Shown one piece after another: positions 1-12,120 of a stretch of DNA of 64,000 bases. Source of the DNA: Dipteris shenzhenensis. Taxonomy: Eukaryota. The notes under the pieces were generated by a model that saw nothing but the letters and a program-made list of their open reading frames with translations, had not been told where the DNA came from and searched no databases. The stretch lies in assembly GCA_047967505.1 (NCBI GenBank), contig CM106538.1; one strand, 5' to 3'. Position numbers and translations under genes: made by a program. The stretch's first letter is position 1. The number at the start of each line of letters is the position of its first letter.

Positions 1-426
1 CAGGATGGCTGCTTAGGTTTTTTGGTGGACATGTACTATGATATCACTGACTTAATGAGCCACACTCCGACCTCCACCAGGACTAGATTGCAACAGGGAA
101 CTACCGATAGAGGTGGGCACATGGCAAACAAGGGCAAAGCAGCACCGGAGGGGGCCGGCGCCGCATGGGAGGACAAGTACGATGCTCTTGGTGAAGCCGG
201 AGAGGTTGCACTAAGAGGGCAGATAGCTCAGATCAATTGGCTCAAGGAGAAGACGCGGAGGCTGTGTTTTTTGTTAGAGTGCACCACTCATTCATTAGTT
301 TTCTAGCATGATGCTCGCTTAGTAGCTCCACCCTTTTGCTCATTGTATCAGGTTTTTCTTCAGTATGATAGACCTATCGGTCTTTAGCAGACTTTAATAA
401 ACTCTCTCTCTCTCTCTCTCTCTCTC
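1..426 (+). mobile_element. 3' fragment of an RTEX-like LINE ending in the family 3' UTR stem-loop and a (CT)n tail
   Basis: 307-400 (gatgctcgcttagtagctccaccc...ttgtatcagg...atagacctatcggtct...agactttaataaa) matches the 3' end of the LINE at 21430-21550; (CT)n at about 402-426. Confidence 0.75.
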
Positions 427-1615
427 CACCGCTTAGCCGCTCAGCCTCTCTGCCACTTAGCCTCCCTGCATGCTCTCTTTCCGCCACCACCTTCCTGCTA
501 GCCACCTGCTAGCCTAGCCTCTCCACCCACTAGCCTCTTCATCCGCTAGCCCCCCTCTGCCTACTAGCCCCTCCACCGCCGCTTGCTATATAGCTCATCG
601 TACAGGGGGGGTTTCTGTCAGCTAACCCAGCCTCAGGCTGAGCTAAGCCCTTGGCTCAGTCTGAGGTGTTAGCTCAAATAAAGGGGTCGCTGATTGCGCA
701 AGTCTTTTTCAATATCTTTTTCAATATAGAGTTCTCGAAAACGAAGCTTTTCCCATCGACTCCAGCCACCAAGAAGCGATCCTACGTCGCCATGGCATCG
801 ACGCCTTCCCTCTATGCTCTGACTTAATCATAGATTTCAAAGTAAGCTTGATCCACATGAACGGATTTACTTCCTACAGCAAGAACTCAGAGATGCAAAG
901 CTCCGCAGATAGTTTCAGAAATGAAGAATGAAGGTAGACAAGAGGTAATACAAGAAGTCCTACAGCCATGACAATATCGACAATTGTGATCTCTAGACTG
1001 AGGTAAGAGAGCAACAAACCACAGTAAATAACAAGAAGATTTTACGCATTGGAGGACTGCAAGACAACTGCCTTAGCTGTTTTGGAATGGAAGAGGAAGA
1101 GGAACACATTGATGAGAGCAAGATCATTCAACTCAAGAAGGTAGTACCACAAATCGATTGGGATGATAATGACATAAGCTTCATCACTCGAAAGGGTAAC
1201 CAGGCACAGATTTACTTCAAAGAAAAAAGCTCAAGGGTCAAGATCCTTAGACAAACCAACAAGTTGAAAGGTACTAGGATTTGGATATCTGAAGAGCTCA
1301 CTATGACCCAACTCAAACAATGAGCAAATGAACTCATCAAAGTGAAAGAAGCAAGGAAGGAAGGTAAATGGGCGGTCTACCAAGATGGGCAAGCACTGAT
1401 AAGAGATTTCAAACCTAAACCCAAAGACTCTCTGTCTTAAACTGATGTTATTCAGATCACTCTTACATAATACCTGAACGTAGTTATGTTATGCTATCAT
1501 AATAACCTGGGGCTGTTGTTGTACTCCCCCACAAACTCTCAGTCTCTAATTGATGTTGTAGCTTTTTTGGTGTGTGTATTTTGTCCCATAGACCCGCGAG
1601 GTCTTCTGAGGACGT

Positions 1616-1668
<53 letters not shown>
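427..1668 (+). mobile_element. ORF1-only non-autonomous retroposon (half-RTEX), degraded copy
   Basis: C-rich GCTAGCC repeats 427-600, hairpin 620-674, degraded ORF including 1087..1323 (KILRQTNKLKGTRIWISEELT) continuing as ARKEGKWAVYQDGQALIRDFKPKPKDSLS* to 1440, 3' stem-loop 1583-1619, (CT)n 1620-1668. Confidence 0.8.
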
Positions 1669-1671
<3 letters not shown>

Positions 1672-1689
1672 GCTCACTTAGTAGCTCCC

Positions 1690-2040
1690 TCCTGTCTGCT
1701 CCCCCGTCGGCTCTCCTCCGCTCCATCTCTTCCGCCCATCTGCAGCTCTTGCCCCGCCTGCAGTGCCCGCCAATAGCTGCCAGCCCCCCGCCTCGTCGTC
1801 AATAACAAACACTCCCCCCTAGTCTTCTCAAACAACAAACTAACCCTAACCCCGAGTTGGGCTAAACCCCCAACCCAACCCGGGGTTAACTAGGGGGTTC
1901 TACAGACAACCAATTATGGACTGGCCTACCCTCTCCTCCAAGTCCCCCTCAACCCCTTCAACCTCCATCAGGACTTGGTACTCTACAGTTGCAGCCATGA
2001 CACCCTCTCCTGTATGCACGCAATTACCAGTCTCAAAACG
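1690..2040 (+). mobile_element. 5' fragment of another ORF1-only retroposon copy
   Basis: C-rich leader directly after the previous (CT)n tail, and a hairpin at 1846-1890 similar to those at 620-674 and 42933-42981. Confidence 0.5.
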
Positions 2041-2539
2041 ACCCATCCTTGGGCAACAAGATCAGATCTTTTATTTGTAGCAAGCAGTGAGAGAGCTATG
2101 ATTGGAACTGGCAGGAAGTAAAGGCTCGGCTTTACATTTTAGAAGGGCCTGGTAAGCCGGCAGTAATTGATGAGGCTGTAAAATCCTATAAGGATTCCCC
2201 ACGCGGCTGGTCTCTACAGTCAAAGATTTTGTTCCCATTGAAGTACAAACTGCTAAGAAGAAGCCTATGGCTCTGATACCATGTTAGAAAATAGGAGGGA
2301 ATGAATCACTCAAACCTCCACCCAAGATCTCTCCAACTCTTACACACTCAACTCAGATAGATGATCACAGATGCAAGTAACACACACTCAGAAATAAATG
2401 TAGACGGAGAGAGAGAAAGTATATTCATCCACCAGATGGTGGGCAGAAAATAACTCCAAGGGAGCAATACAAAAACACAGCAGAGTGCTGGAGAAAACTG
2501 ATGGACTCTTTCTCTCACAAGTCTCCCTGTATCCTCCAT
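2041..2539 (-). mobile_element. LTR retrotransposon remnant (tRNA-iMet PBS plus adjacent LTR end)
   Basis: ggctctgatacca 2269-2281 is the reverse complement of the PBS TGGTATCAGAGCC and is followed directly by tgttag (LTR terminus) at 2282. Confidence 0.65.
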
Positions 2540-2755
2540 TCATATGGCCATAAAAGTATGTACGGTATCTGTCCAGATACTAGCCAAAGTGTGCGAGGGA
2601 TGAACCTGAGTACCCTCCATAGCCTCTGTACATCTGGCCCTCCAGATATGCCAGGATGCTATGCTCGCTAAAATCTCCCAAGAAGTATCCACCGAGACAT
2701 GTACATCTGTAAAAGGAAGGTGTGGTACCACATCCAACGAACAGGACTTAATCAA
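2540..2755 (-). pseudogene. L1-clade LINE ORF2 C-terminal fragment
   Basis: SVDTSWEILASIASWHIWRARCTEA... is homologous to ORF 36212..36574 and to 53440-53640. Confidence 0.75.
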
Positions 2756-2985
2756 AGAGTTTAAATCAAAACCAAAAGACTCTCAGTGTTAAACTGATGT
2801 ATGGCTGATTACTCTTTCAGCCTATTATGTAGGTACTCCAAATAAATTGGGGTTGCTTTTGCACTCCTTGGGAGCTGCCATGTGCCCTCCCTAAAGCAAA
2901 TGTACTAGAGGGTTTCTTGCTGTCCCATAGATCTTTTGGTCTCCAATGGACATTAATAGACTCTCTCTCTCTCTCTCTCTCTCTC
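2756..2985 (+). mobile_element. 5'-truncated 3' end of the ORF1-only retroposon
   Basis: EFKSKPKDSQC* end, taaactgatg motif, gtcccatagatcttttggtctccaatggacattaat stem-loop, (CT)n tail. Confidence 0.75.
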
Positions 2986-4170
2986 CCCTCGCTTAGCCTA
3001 ACCTAGCTCCTCCCCTCCCCTTCCTGCTGCAGTAGCACTGGCGTACACAGCAGCAAGGCAAGGCGGCGTCGCACATAGCAGCAGGGTGGGTGCATAGGCA
3101 GGTCGTGACACTAGAGTCAAGTCGCAGTGGGGGGGTTAGGTCCAAGGAGCAGGTCGCCAACTTAGGGAGGGCACAAACAGCAGCCCATTCTCAGGCCCAG
3201 GTTGAGTTGATCCTTGGGCTCAGTCTGGGGTGTTAGAGATAGCAAAGGGGCAAATGACTCACAGACCGTCGTGGAATTCTCGAAGGCCTCCATGGTGAAG
3301 AAATCTATTATCTCGACCCCAACCTTGACCCCTTCAACGAAGAAACTCTCCTTTGCTGCCATTACTGGTTTTGCCCCTACTCCCTCTCCTTATGATCTGA
3401 ATTATCAAAGGCAACGTAGCAAACTCATAGGCTTGAACCTACAGGAACAAGTTTATTATTTACAACAAGAACTCAGAGAGGCTAAAGGCTCGACTCACCT
3501 CTCTGGGGATGAAAGTTTTCAGAAAACAAAGGAAAACAGGAAATCATACATGAAGTATTATAGATACAAAGTGAAGCAGCGCTCGAGCCAAAGCTGGTAA
3601 CCAAAGTCCTGGACTTGGTTACCACTCAGGTCAAATCAGTAAAACAGGAAATTACAGCAAAAAAGGACAACAAAATCAACACATGGGATGCTTATGAAGA
3701 ATTACAAGAACAGAAAAAAAGGCTAATAACAACCATATTCTACGCATAGGAGGATTACCTGGGGGCTGGCAGGATGGGAGCATGGCAGAAAAGTTGGAGC
3801 ATGTCACTGAAGCAACCCCCTAGATTGAATGGGACTCAAAAGATATGGTTGGTGTCCTCCAACAAGGGACTTAAGCCCAATTAACTCTGAAGGACAAGTT
3901 AGCAAGAAGCAAACTTCTTAAGCAAACCAACAAATTAAGAGGTAGCAAGATATGGATCTCAGAGGAGGTCACCCCGATTCAGCTCAAGATGAAAGCCACA
4001 GAAATAGCTAAAGTGAAAGAAGCTCGCAGGAAAAGGGCTGTTTACAGGTATAATAACCCTGAGCTGAGATGCCATGTGCACTTCTCGACCCTCTGGTTTA
4101 TCCAGGTGTTGTTAGTCATCTTTTTTGGTGTGTGCTTTGTCCGATAGACCCACTGAGGACGTTAATATAA
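2986..4170 (+). mobile_element. ORF1-only retroposon copy (degraded)
   Basis: 5' hairpin about 3196-3232; ORF 3214..3600 (coiled-coil-like QEQVYYLQQELRE); frameshifted ILRIGGLP...LKQTNKLRGSKIWISEEVTPIQLKMKATEIAKVKEAR; 3' tail ending gacgttaata at about 4167. Confidence 0.8.
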
Positions 4171-4192
4171 TGTATATATAGCTCATCATACA

Positions 4193-4848
4193 TGTTGATA
4201 AGGGAAAAAAAGGAAAGACAACCAGGAATTATGTACTTCACCACGTCAGATAGGTGAGACTTCATAGGGATCAGCTGCAATGTGGACTCGTAGATGATGA
4301 GCTTATGAACCAGATTCCAGAGTATGTGTCTTTGTACTAGGCACCGAGACAACCCCCCACAAAAAAACTGACTGAACATGGATCACACAGACTCAAAGAG
4401 AGCCAAAAGACTACACAGCCCGAAACAGATAAACTTAGAACTGAACTTCCCCCCAAGACTTAGAGAACAGTCAGCCTCAGAATACTATAAACCCACAGCC
4501 CACACTCCTAAGCTTCCATCAAGGACAATAGTACGCAACTCTCCCCAAAGCTGCAGTCAATGACCAAAGAGTGAAAGGGACTGGCATAACAGATTGCATC
4601 AACCATCTCTGCCTTACAAATCCACTTCCAGCGTATGTATCCTTCTCCTGCCCACAGAGTACTCCACGCTCATACTTCACGTCGCCAACAATCCTTCAGA
4701 TGATTTGAACCAGCCCATACATTCTTCGTATCAGCTCACGTGCAAACAACGACCGTCCTGCCTGTGAGGTAACCTTGCTCAGCCAACTACAAACAGATTG
4801 CCATCTCTGGGAACCTCCAGCACCAAGGCCTTCTCGGCATCACCGGGC
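4193..4848 (-). repeat. Truncated 3' LTR of the Tat element
   Basis: Near-identical to about 9270-9914; homology stops at about 4848, where integrase C-terminal coding sequence begins. Confidence 0.85.
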
Positions 4849-7217
4849 TTTGCATATAAGATTTGCATTTCTTTAGAGATATCCTCATCCATGAGGTCTT
4901 CCGGCTTGTCTGGTTTCATCACAGTAGGTCCACAGCTGCCTACACTCATGATCCTATGAAAGTATTTCTTTAGTCTGAAGCCATTGACTGTATTCTTATG
5001 CTGCTGACCATCCAAATTCTCAAGTTGATATGAGCCATTTTTGAATTTCTTCGTCACACAAAAAGGTCCATCCCATTTGGCCACAAATTTCTTCTTGAAG
5101 GTAGAATCCAGACTACTGTTGTATCTCAAAACTAGATCACCCTCCTTGATTTTCTTATCCCTGAATTTCCTGTTTGCTCTCTTCTAATTCTCCTCTTGAA
5201 TTAAAGCATAATGTTCCACCGCCTTTTGTCTATCTAGTTGTGCTTCCCGCAAATCCAATAACCGGTTCTGGAAAGTAGAATTTGAATCCTTGTTTATCTT
5301 CATTAACATCTGTAATGTAGGAATTTCTACTTCCAAGGGTAATAGAGCTTCTTTCCTGTAAACAAGATGAAATGGTGAAAATTGGGTGCCTTCTTTTACT
5401 GCAACTCTGTAAGCCCATAAAGCCCAATGCAAAGCAAGGTCCCACTCCTTCTCATGTGTTCTCATGATCTTTCCCATGATATTAGTACACACACCATTAA
5501 AATTTTCATTCATCTTATTACATTGGGGATAATAGGGACTTGCATATCTGTGTTTAATCTTCAGCTTTCCACATAATAAATCCATTAGTTCACTCCTGAA
5601 ACCTGGACCTCTATCATAAAGCAACTCCAGTGGCACACCAAATCTACAGCAAATATCTTCATACACAAATTTACATACAGATTTCGCATTGACAGCCCGT
5701 ACTGCTTGTGCTTCAGCCCATCTCGTCAAATAATCCACAGCTATCAGCACATAACAATTTCCCCTAGCTATCATGGGTAGAGGACTGATGGCATCTATTC
5801 CCCATTTCTCAAAAATATTACAAGCAAACATGATATTTCTGAGTTCTGGATGTAAGATCCTCTTACTCATCTGCTGACACTGTAGGCATGACCTGCACCA
5901 ATGTCTTATGTCTCTCTGGAGGGATGGCCACACATACCCTTCTGTAAGTATTTTCCTCAGCATGATTTTGAAAGCAAAATGTCCTCCATATACTCCCTCA
6001 TGATTAGCTTGTAGAATATGAAAAACTTCCTCATGCCAGGGAATTCTTCTGAGCACCAGATCTGCCCCTTTCATGTAAAGAACATCATCTATCAGACAAT
6101 AAGAAGTACAGCTTTTAATAAATCTGTATTTTCTTTGTTTCGGAACTTCTTCAGGCACTTTACCAATTAACAGGAAGCTTTCCTCACAAGCTAATGTCTC
6201 CCTTCCTTTGTATAAGGGCTCCTGTACTCCTACTGCATCAACATAAGCTGCTGTAATTTCCTGTGCAGCATCATGTGCATTTACATTCTTACCTCTTTTA
6301 ATATGTTGGAGTGTCCAGGCATCCAATTGATTTAACAGTTTCTTCACCGCACTTATCCATCTCTTCAAATGAACATGCTTAACCTTCCAGACACCTAAAA
6401 TTTTCTTCACAACCAACATAGCATCTCCCTTAATCATGAGTCTCTTAATACCCAGACTAACGCATACTTTCAAACCTTCGAAGAGGGCTGCATATTCAGC
6501 TTCATTATTACTGCTGGCTTCGAGCTGAATTCCCATTTTCCGAATCTCCTTTCCTCCAGGATCATAAATGACAATTCCTCCTGTACTTTTATTTAAACTT
6601 TTTTTGTAAGATCCATCAAAGTGTAAAACAAATGCATCCTCTAGTACTTTTTCTTCATTCATGTCAGTGTTCTTCTCCACATGTTCAACTAAAATAGGTC
6701 CTTCCTTATAGGTGAGGAGATCAGCCAAGGAAGCTCTGGTAGAGTTCTCAACCAAGAAGGTAAAAGAGTACTCCTGTAACTCTACTATCCATTTAATCAT
6801 GCTTCTGGAGATGTTTGTACTATTCAACATATGAGGCAGTAGTGAACATGAGGTGAGAACCACAAAAGGCCTGGACAATAGATAAGATCGAAATCTCCTA
6901 CAGACATACAAGAGGCTAGCCAGGACCAATTCAGCCACTGAATACTTCCTTTCTACTTCACTCTTCACCCTGCTGGCATAACAGACTGGCCTCATATATC
7001 TGGAACCCTCTCCCTGTTGCAAAAGAATGTCACCGAACCCTGCTGCCCCCACAAAATCTACCTGTGAATCCTCATCTACCAAATCCACCAATGCTATTGT
7101 TCCTCCATCACTTTCTGAAGTCACCGAGCTCTCATTCTCACTGCTGGTTTCACTTCTCTCTTCCTCTTCACTTGCTGAATCTGAAACTTCAGCCCTGCTC
7201 ACCATATCAAAATTCAA
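4779..7217 (-). pseudogene. Tat pol remnant: RNase H-like domain, additional (archaeal-type) RNase H and integrase; one internal stop at 5184
   Basis: GDILLQ..PVCYASR..YSVAE (RNase H-like); LHFDGS..SNNEAEYAAL..IKGDA (aRH); H..H..CRSCLQC, WGIDAI, LYDRG (integrase); KWDGPF..VNGFRLKKY (integrase C-terminus, ORF 4779..5129). Confidence 0.9.
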
Positions 7218-7253
7218 TTTCTTCCCATTCGAATGTACGGAAAAGATTCCTCT

Positions 7254-7595
7254 CTACCAATTCTGAATTGCACCTACCTTCCTCAACCACGGCCTTCCAA
7301 GAATCAAAGGATAGGCTCCCAACCCCGCAGGCATCATGTGACAATCCACTCGACATGAAACACTGAATGCCTCAACCTCCAGGCTAGGTACTATCCCTAA
7401 AGTCTTCACCTTGGAGTGGTTTGTTATTTTGATGCGATAACTAGAGAAGCGGGGTATCTTCAGTCCTAATCTCTCCACACAGGCCTGGGTAATCACACAA
7501 ATCTGTGCACCCCCATCTATATAGGCCTCTCCAAAACCCTTTCCTTTATGCCAGGCTTCTACAGCGGGTATTTTTAAGCTTTGGGCATAGACCAA
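7254..7595 (-). pseudogene. Retrotransposon aspartic protease (frameshifted)
   Basis: EAYIDGGAQICVIT and LILGRPWL motifs. Confidence 0.85.
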
Positions 7596-7959
7596 TCATT
7601 TGGGCAAATGTAATGTCTGGTTTCCTCGCTGAAAGATCTTCCACCAAATCATAATCTCCCTGCTCCTTCCCCATGGGATAATCTGTAGTTCTGTACTTCC
7701 TTTTGGGCTTCCTGCTCTTCTTCTTTTGGTAGGTCATCATCTTCTCATACTGCTTCCCCTTCTTTGCACTTGGACCAACCTCCTCTTCTCTATCTCTCTT
7801 CCCTAATGGCATGACATCTTTAACTTCCTCCAACTCCAACAAGCCAAATGTAACTGCCTTACCTTTCCCTTTCTCTTCTGCAGTGGCTTTACGGTTTCAG
7901 AGGTACTAGGCTGACCTGCATCTTTTACTTCTACACTATGATCATTCACCCTATTATTT

Positions 7960-8913
7960 AACCCTGTTGGCAATGGATAAACATCACCTCCAGCACGAGG
8001 AGGCTTATCATAGTGTGTGCTGTAATGTCCCCACTCTCCACAATTAAAGCACTGGACACAAGGTGCAAATGACCCTTGACCTCGTCGTGCCTGCTACGGG
8101 CCTGAATTATTTGAAGAAGGCATGCTGCCTCTGCCATAACCACTCGATGATCTATCTCTTCCCCTACCGTTCATCAAATTCAAACTCAAACTCTTCATAA
8201 ACTCCGACATTTCATGAATTTCTTCTTTTATATTCTCCTCCTTCCTGACTTCTGGCTTCTGTATTTCTGGCTTCACATGAGAGATAATTTCAGGCACATG
8301 CTGAACCATTGGCATCTCTTGCATCATTTGTGACAATCTTATCTACTTCCTCTCCTTCTCTTTTGCTACCTTGAGAGCATCCTCATAAGTGACCAGCTCT
8401 TTACATTCAATCTTTATCCTAATCTCCGGCTTCAGACCAGCAACAAACCTATCCTTTTTTATGACTCTGGGGGAAACTTCAGGTAATAAGGCCACCTGCC
8501 ATTTATTCCACAACAGTGAACTTACCTACATACTCATCCACTAACTGAGTCTGCTGTTGCTGCAATAAACATAGCTCTCTCCAAATGCCATCAGGATCTC
8601 TAACACACATAAACTTGTCCAGGAAAGCTGTCCTCACCTCTGGATAAGTCGGGTTTCTGTGAGCACCCTGATCATCACGCATCCTTGTAGAGAAAGTCTG
8701 CAGCCAAGTTCTCGCTTCTCCCAACAGACAAAAGGATAGAATCTGAAGAAGGACTTCTGGAGCATTCTTGTCTTTAATAAGAGTTGTGAACTCCAAGCAC
8801 TCTAAAAACCTCTCTGGGTCTTCATTGGGCAACCCGTGAAATCGAGGAAATTCATGAGCCATCTCTCCTCTTGATAAACTTATCTCAAACACACTTTCAA
8901 CCAGAAATACCAC
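7960..8913 (-). pseudogene. Tat gag remnant with zinc knuckle
   Basis: FPRFHGLPNEDPERFL..LLGEARTW..FLDKF (8503..8913); degenerate CFNCGEWGH knuckle near 8010-8055. Confidence 0.8.
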
Positions 8914-9260
8914 CCAACCTCTTCTGGAAAGAAAACAAAAATAATCACTCTACCGAAGAAAACTTGCCCTGCATTTGACTGGCATTCTTCTTCCTAAGAG
9001 CAATCACTTTCAAAGCCTTTTGAACCTTAGCACGGAGACGTATCAGAAGTTCAACATCAAGGCATCTATCTCTCCTATGTCGACACTCCCCACATAACTC
9101 ACAATGAATCGCTCTCATGCGAGGCTTTGTCTTCATAGTTTCAATCCCTAACCACACAGAAATTCAAGCAACATTCCCCGGCCAATCTTCTAGGCCGTTT
9201 TGTCTTGAGTACCCAATCTCAATTCAAAACTCCTCCTGTCCCCAGCAGGATCGCCAAAAA

Positions 9261-10890
9261 GATGATGAGGAAAAAAAGGAAAGACAACCAGGAATTATGT
9301 ACTTCACCACGTCAGATAGGTGAGACTTCATAGGGATCAGCTGCAATGTGGACTCGTAGATGATGAGCTTATGAACCAGATTCCAGAGTATGTGTCTTTG
9401 TACTAGGCACCGAGACAAACCCCCACAAAAAAACTGACTGAACATGGATCACACAGACTCAAAGAGAGCCAAAAGACTACACAGCCCGAAACAGATAAAC
9501 TTAGAACTGAACTTCCCCCCAAGACTTAGAGAACAGTCAGCCTCAGAATACTATAAACCCACAGCCCACACTCCTAAGCTTCCATCAAGGACAACAGTAC
9601 GCAACTCTCCCCAAAGCTGCAGTCAACGACCAAAGAGTGAAAGGGATTGGCATAACAGATCGCATCAACCATCTCTGCCTTACAAATCCACTTCCAGCGT
9701 ATGTATCCTTCTCCTGCCCACAGAGTACTCCACGCTCTTACTTCACGTCGCCAACAGTCCTTCAGATGATTTGAACCAGCCCATACATTCTTCGTATCAG
9801 CTCACGTGCAAACAACGACCGTCCTGCCTATGAGGTAACCTTGCTCAGCCAACTACAAACAGATTGCCATCTCTGGGAACCTCCAGCACCAAGGCCTTCT
9901 CGGCATCACTGGGCATCTGTTTGGCCAAAGCCTTTCTACGGTCAGCCTTGAAACAAACGTGTACCCTGAATTACAGTCAGCCCATGCCTTCAGATTTCGT
10001 GGAGCTCACCAACATCCGTCGCCCAACCTCTCCTTCAACCACACTATCAACACACAGCCAAAATTCAGAAAACAAGACCTCGGTAAGCGCAACCTGCACC
10101 ACCAAGCTCATCATCACTGAGCACCTAGAGTCCATTTGTGCCAAGCATGCAGTCGAAATTCCTCATCCCGTCACGTACGTAGATCTTCACACACCTTTTG
10201 CTTATGCACACCCTCTCTTTCATCTACCAAAGACTCTCTCTTCGTCCAGCCTTCTCTTCAAGGAGCCCCCAAGTGCAACGTAGATCCTTCTAGCGCAAAA
10301 CCGAATCAGCTCCCATGTGCAGGATGCCTTCCCAATCAGTCCAACCACCTCAGCCTAATTTGCCACCTCATCAGTGACATTTTACCACTCCCATTTAAAA
10401 AATGCAAATATCCCCCCAAGGCACATTAAATGCACATTTTGGACCTTTAGTCACACAATTCCCACACACATTAGCATGCACATTAAAGCTTGCATGCACC
10501 CCTGTACACACACATGAAAAGCCCCTTGACGTGGGCACCAAAACATGTCAAATTCTCGTAACATGCAAGTGCACATTGACTCAGGAAAATATAAAAAAAC
10601 CCTTCATGACTTGACTTTACATGACCCCAAAAACATTTCACTTGACCACACACTGGACACCCTTGCTCTGGAAGTCTGGTACAACCACATTGCATTTCAT
10701 CATTTCCCATGAAGTCCCTGCAAAACATACTTTATTGTCTCAAAAAACTGTACATCAGTCCATTATGCTTGTGAAAGAAAAATCCACAAATGCCAAAATC
10801 CCACACCTACCCTAGATGTGTACAACTATGTGCCTACCCACAGCTATATACAGTGCTCAAAAACTTGATACAGATTTTGTCCTATCAACA
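9261..10890 (-). repeat. 5' LTR of the Tat element (about 1.6 kb)
   Basis: Runs from the TG terminus (minus strand, 10890) to the PBS; its inner 650 bp or so is repeated at the other end of the element. Confidence 0.75.
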
Positions 10891-12120
10891 TTTCTGGGGG
10901 TTGTCTTCTCCAGACCCATCTTCACTTTGACACCCGCGATACAGAGTGGGCTCGTGTGGAGCGGCCATAGGTTCTCATGCTATCGCAGATGATTCGCGGC
11001 AGTAAGCCATCCGTTCCTCACCAGATCATTCAGGCTGAGTTTGGGTCATCCCCATTACAGCTAGATGCTGCTTCTCAGGTCATCACGTATCTGCACTGAG
11101 TGAGGGAGTACGGGGATTACACTTCTGGGCGCAATAGACTACCTTGGCTTGCATTGTCCTCCTCTATGGCACCTTCGGCAGGGGGGGACCAGAGATGTTG
11201 GTATGCACGCAGTGAGAGATGGTTTGAGTGACTAGGGCTGCACATGGATAGACTCCCTCCCTTCTAGTACAGTATGGATGCTCCATTTTCTCCCCTCTTG
11301 TCACAGGAGGTCAACTAGGTAATCCATGAGGATCTCTTGCACCTACACATATTCCGGATCTGGTTGGGACCGAGCGAACTCCCGTGAAGCTCAGCTTCTA
11401 CAGAGATCACTGCTTGCACATCATAGAGTAGGGTTTCATTGACCCACTAGGATATATGCATATCCACCTCCCCCCCTCACCGAGGATCTCTATTGGGCAG
11501 CTCCAAGTCTCTTCACATAGACTTCGTATCGAGAGCGGCAGAGCAGAGGGCATATCGAGGGAGAGGCGCATATGGACATTATGTGACATGCAGGAGATTG
11601 AAACGGAGGAGCACTTCATCTTCAGGTGCCCTGTTTACTATGAGATCTAAGGGCATTTCTACTGCCTCTTGAGAGATAGATTTGGGGTTTTGTCCCGATT
11701 CCTCTCCTACCCAGACCAGAGATGTTTGGCGGGCTTCATCCATGAGGTAGTCAGGCACTGCGAGAGGATACTTTGATCACGGAGACAGGAGCAGACTTCT
11801 TCCCTAGCAGATCCTTCTCAGAGCTCTATCACGGAGTTCTTCTTGCTAGATCACATGGACACCCACGAGACAAGGCCTCGACATGATCGTGACCTAGAGC
11901 TCGTGACCCGACAGCTAGACAGGGGGTTGATATGCAGATTACACTTGGGGACATTCCCTCTCTGTTCAAAGTCAGGAGCCTGACCGACAAGGGTTACTAG
12001 GGTTCCTGTGGCCCTTGTTAGACGTAGAGCTATGACCAGGACACGTCAAAGCCGTACCTGTGAGCAACCGACAACACTATCGCATATTTCATGCCTCCAT
12101 TGCCCCATCCACCTTGATGT
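10891..12120 (+). pseudogene. RTEX-like LINE ORF2 C-terminal fragment
   Basis: ISIGQLQVSSHRLRIESGR..LCDMQEIETEEHFIFRCPVYYEI (11456..11650), homologous to 20602..20994. Confidence 0.85.

Larger units (their letters stand above)
4193..10890 (-). mobile_element. Ty3/gypsy Tat-type LTR retrotransposon, internally deleted (no RT, truncated 3' LTR)
   Basis: Termini tgttgata (4193) and tatcaaca (10890); direct repeat about 4203-4848 vs 9270-9914; PBS-like tggcgatcctgctgggga on the minus strand at about 9238-9255; gag, protease, RNase H, additional RNase H and integrase ORFs in between. Confidence 0.9.

Noticed and set aside
1484-1805. ER/LS-repeat ORFs
   Set aside because: Translations of the (CT)n microsatellite tail.
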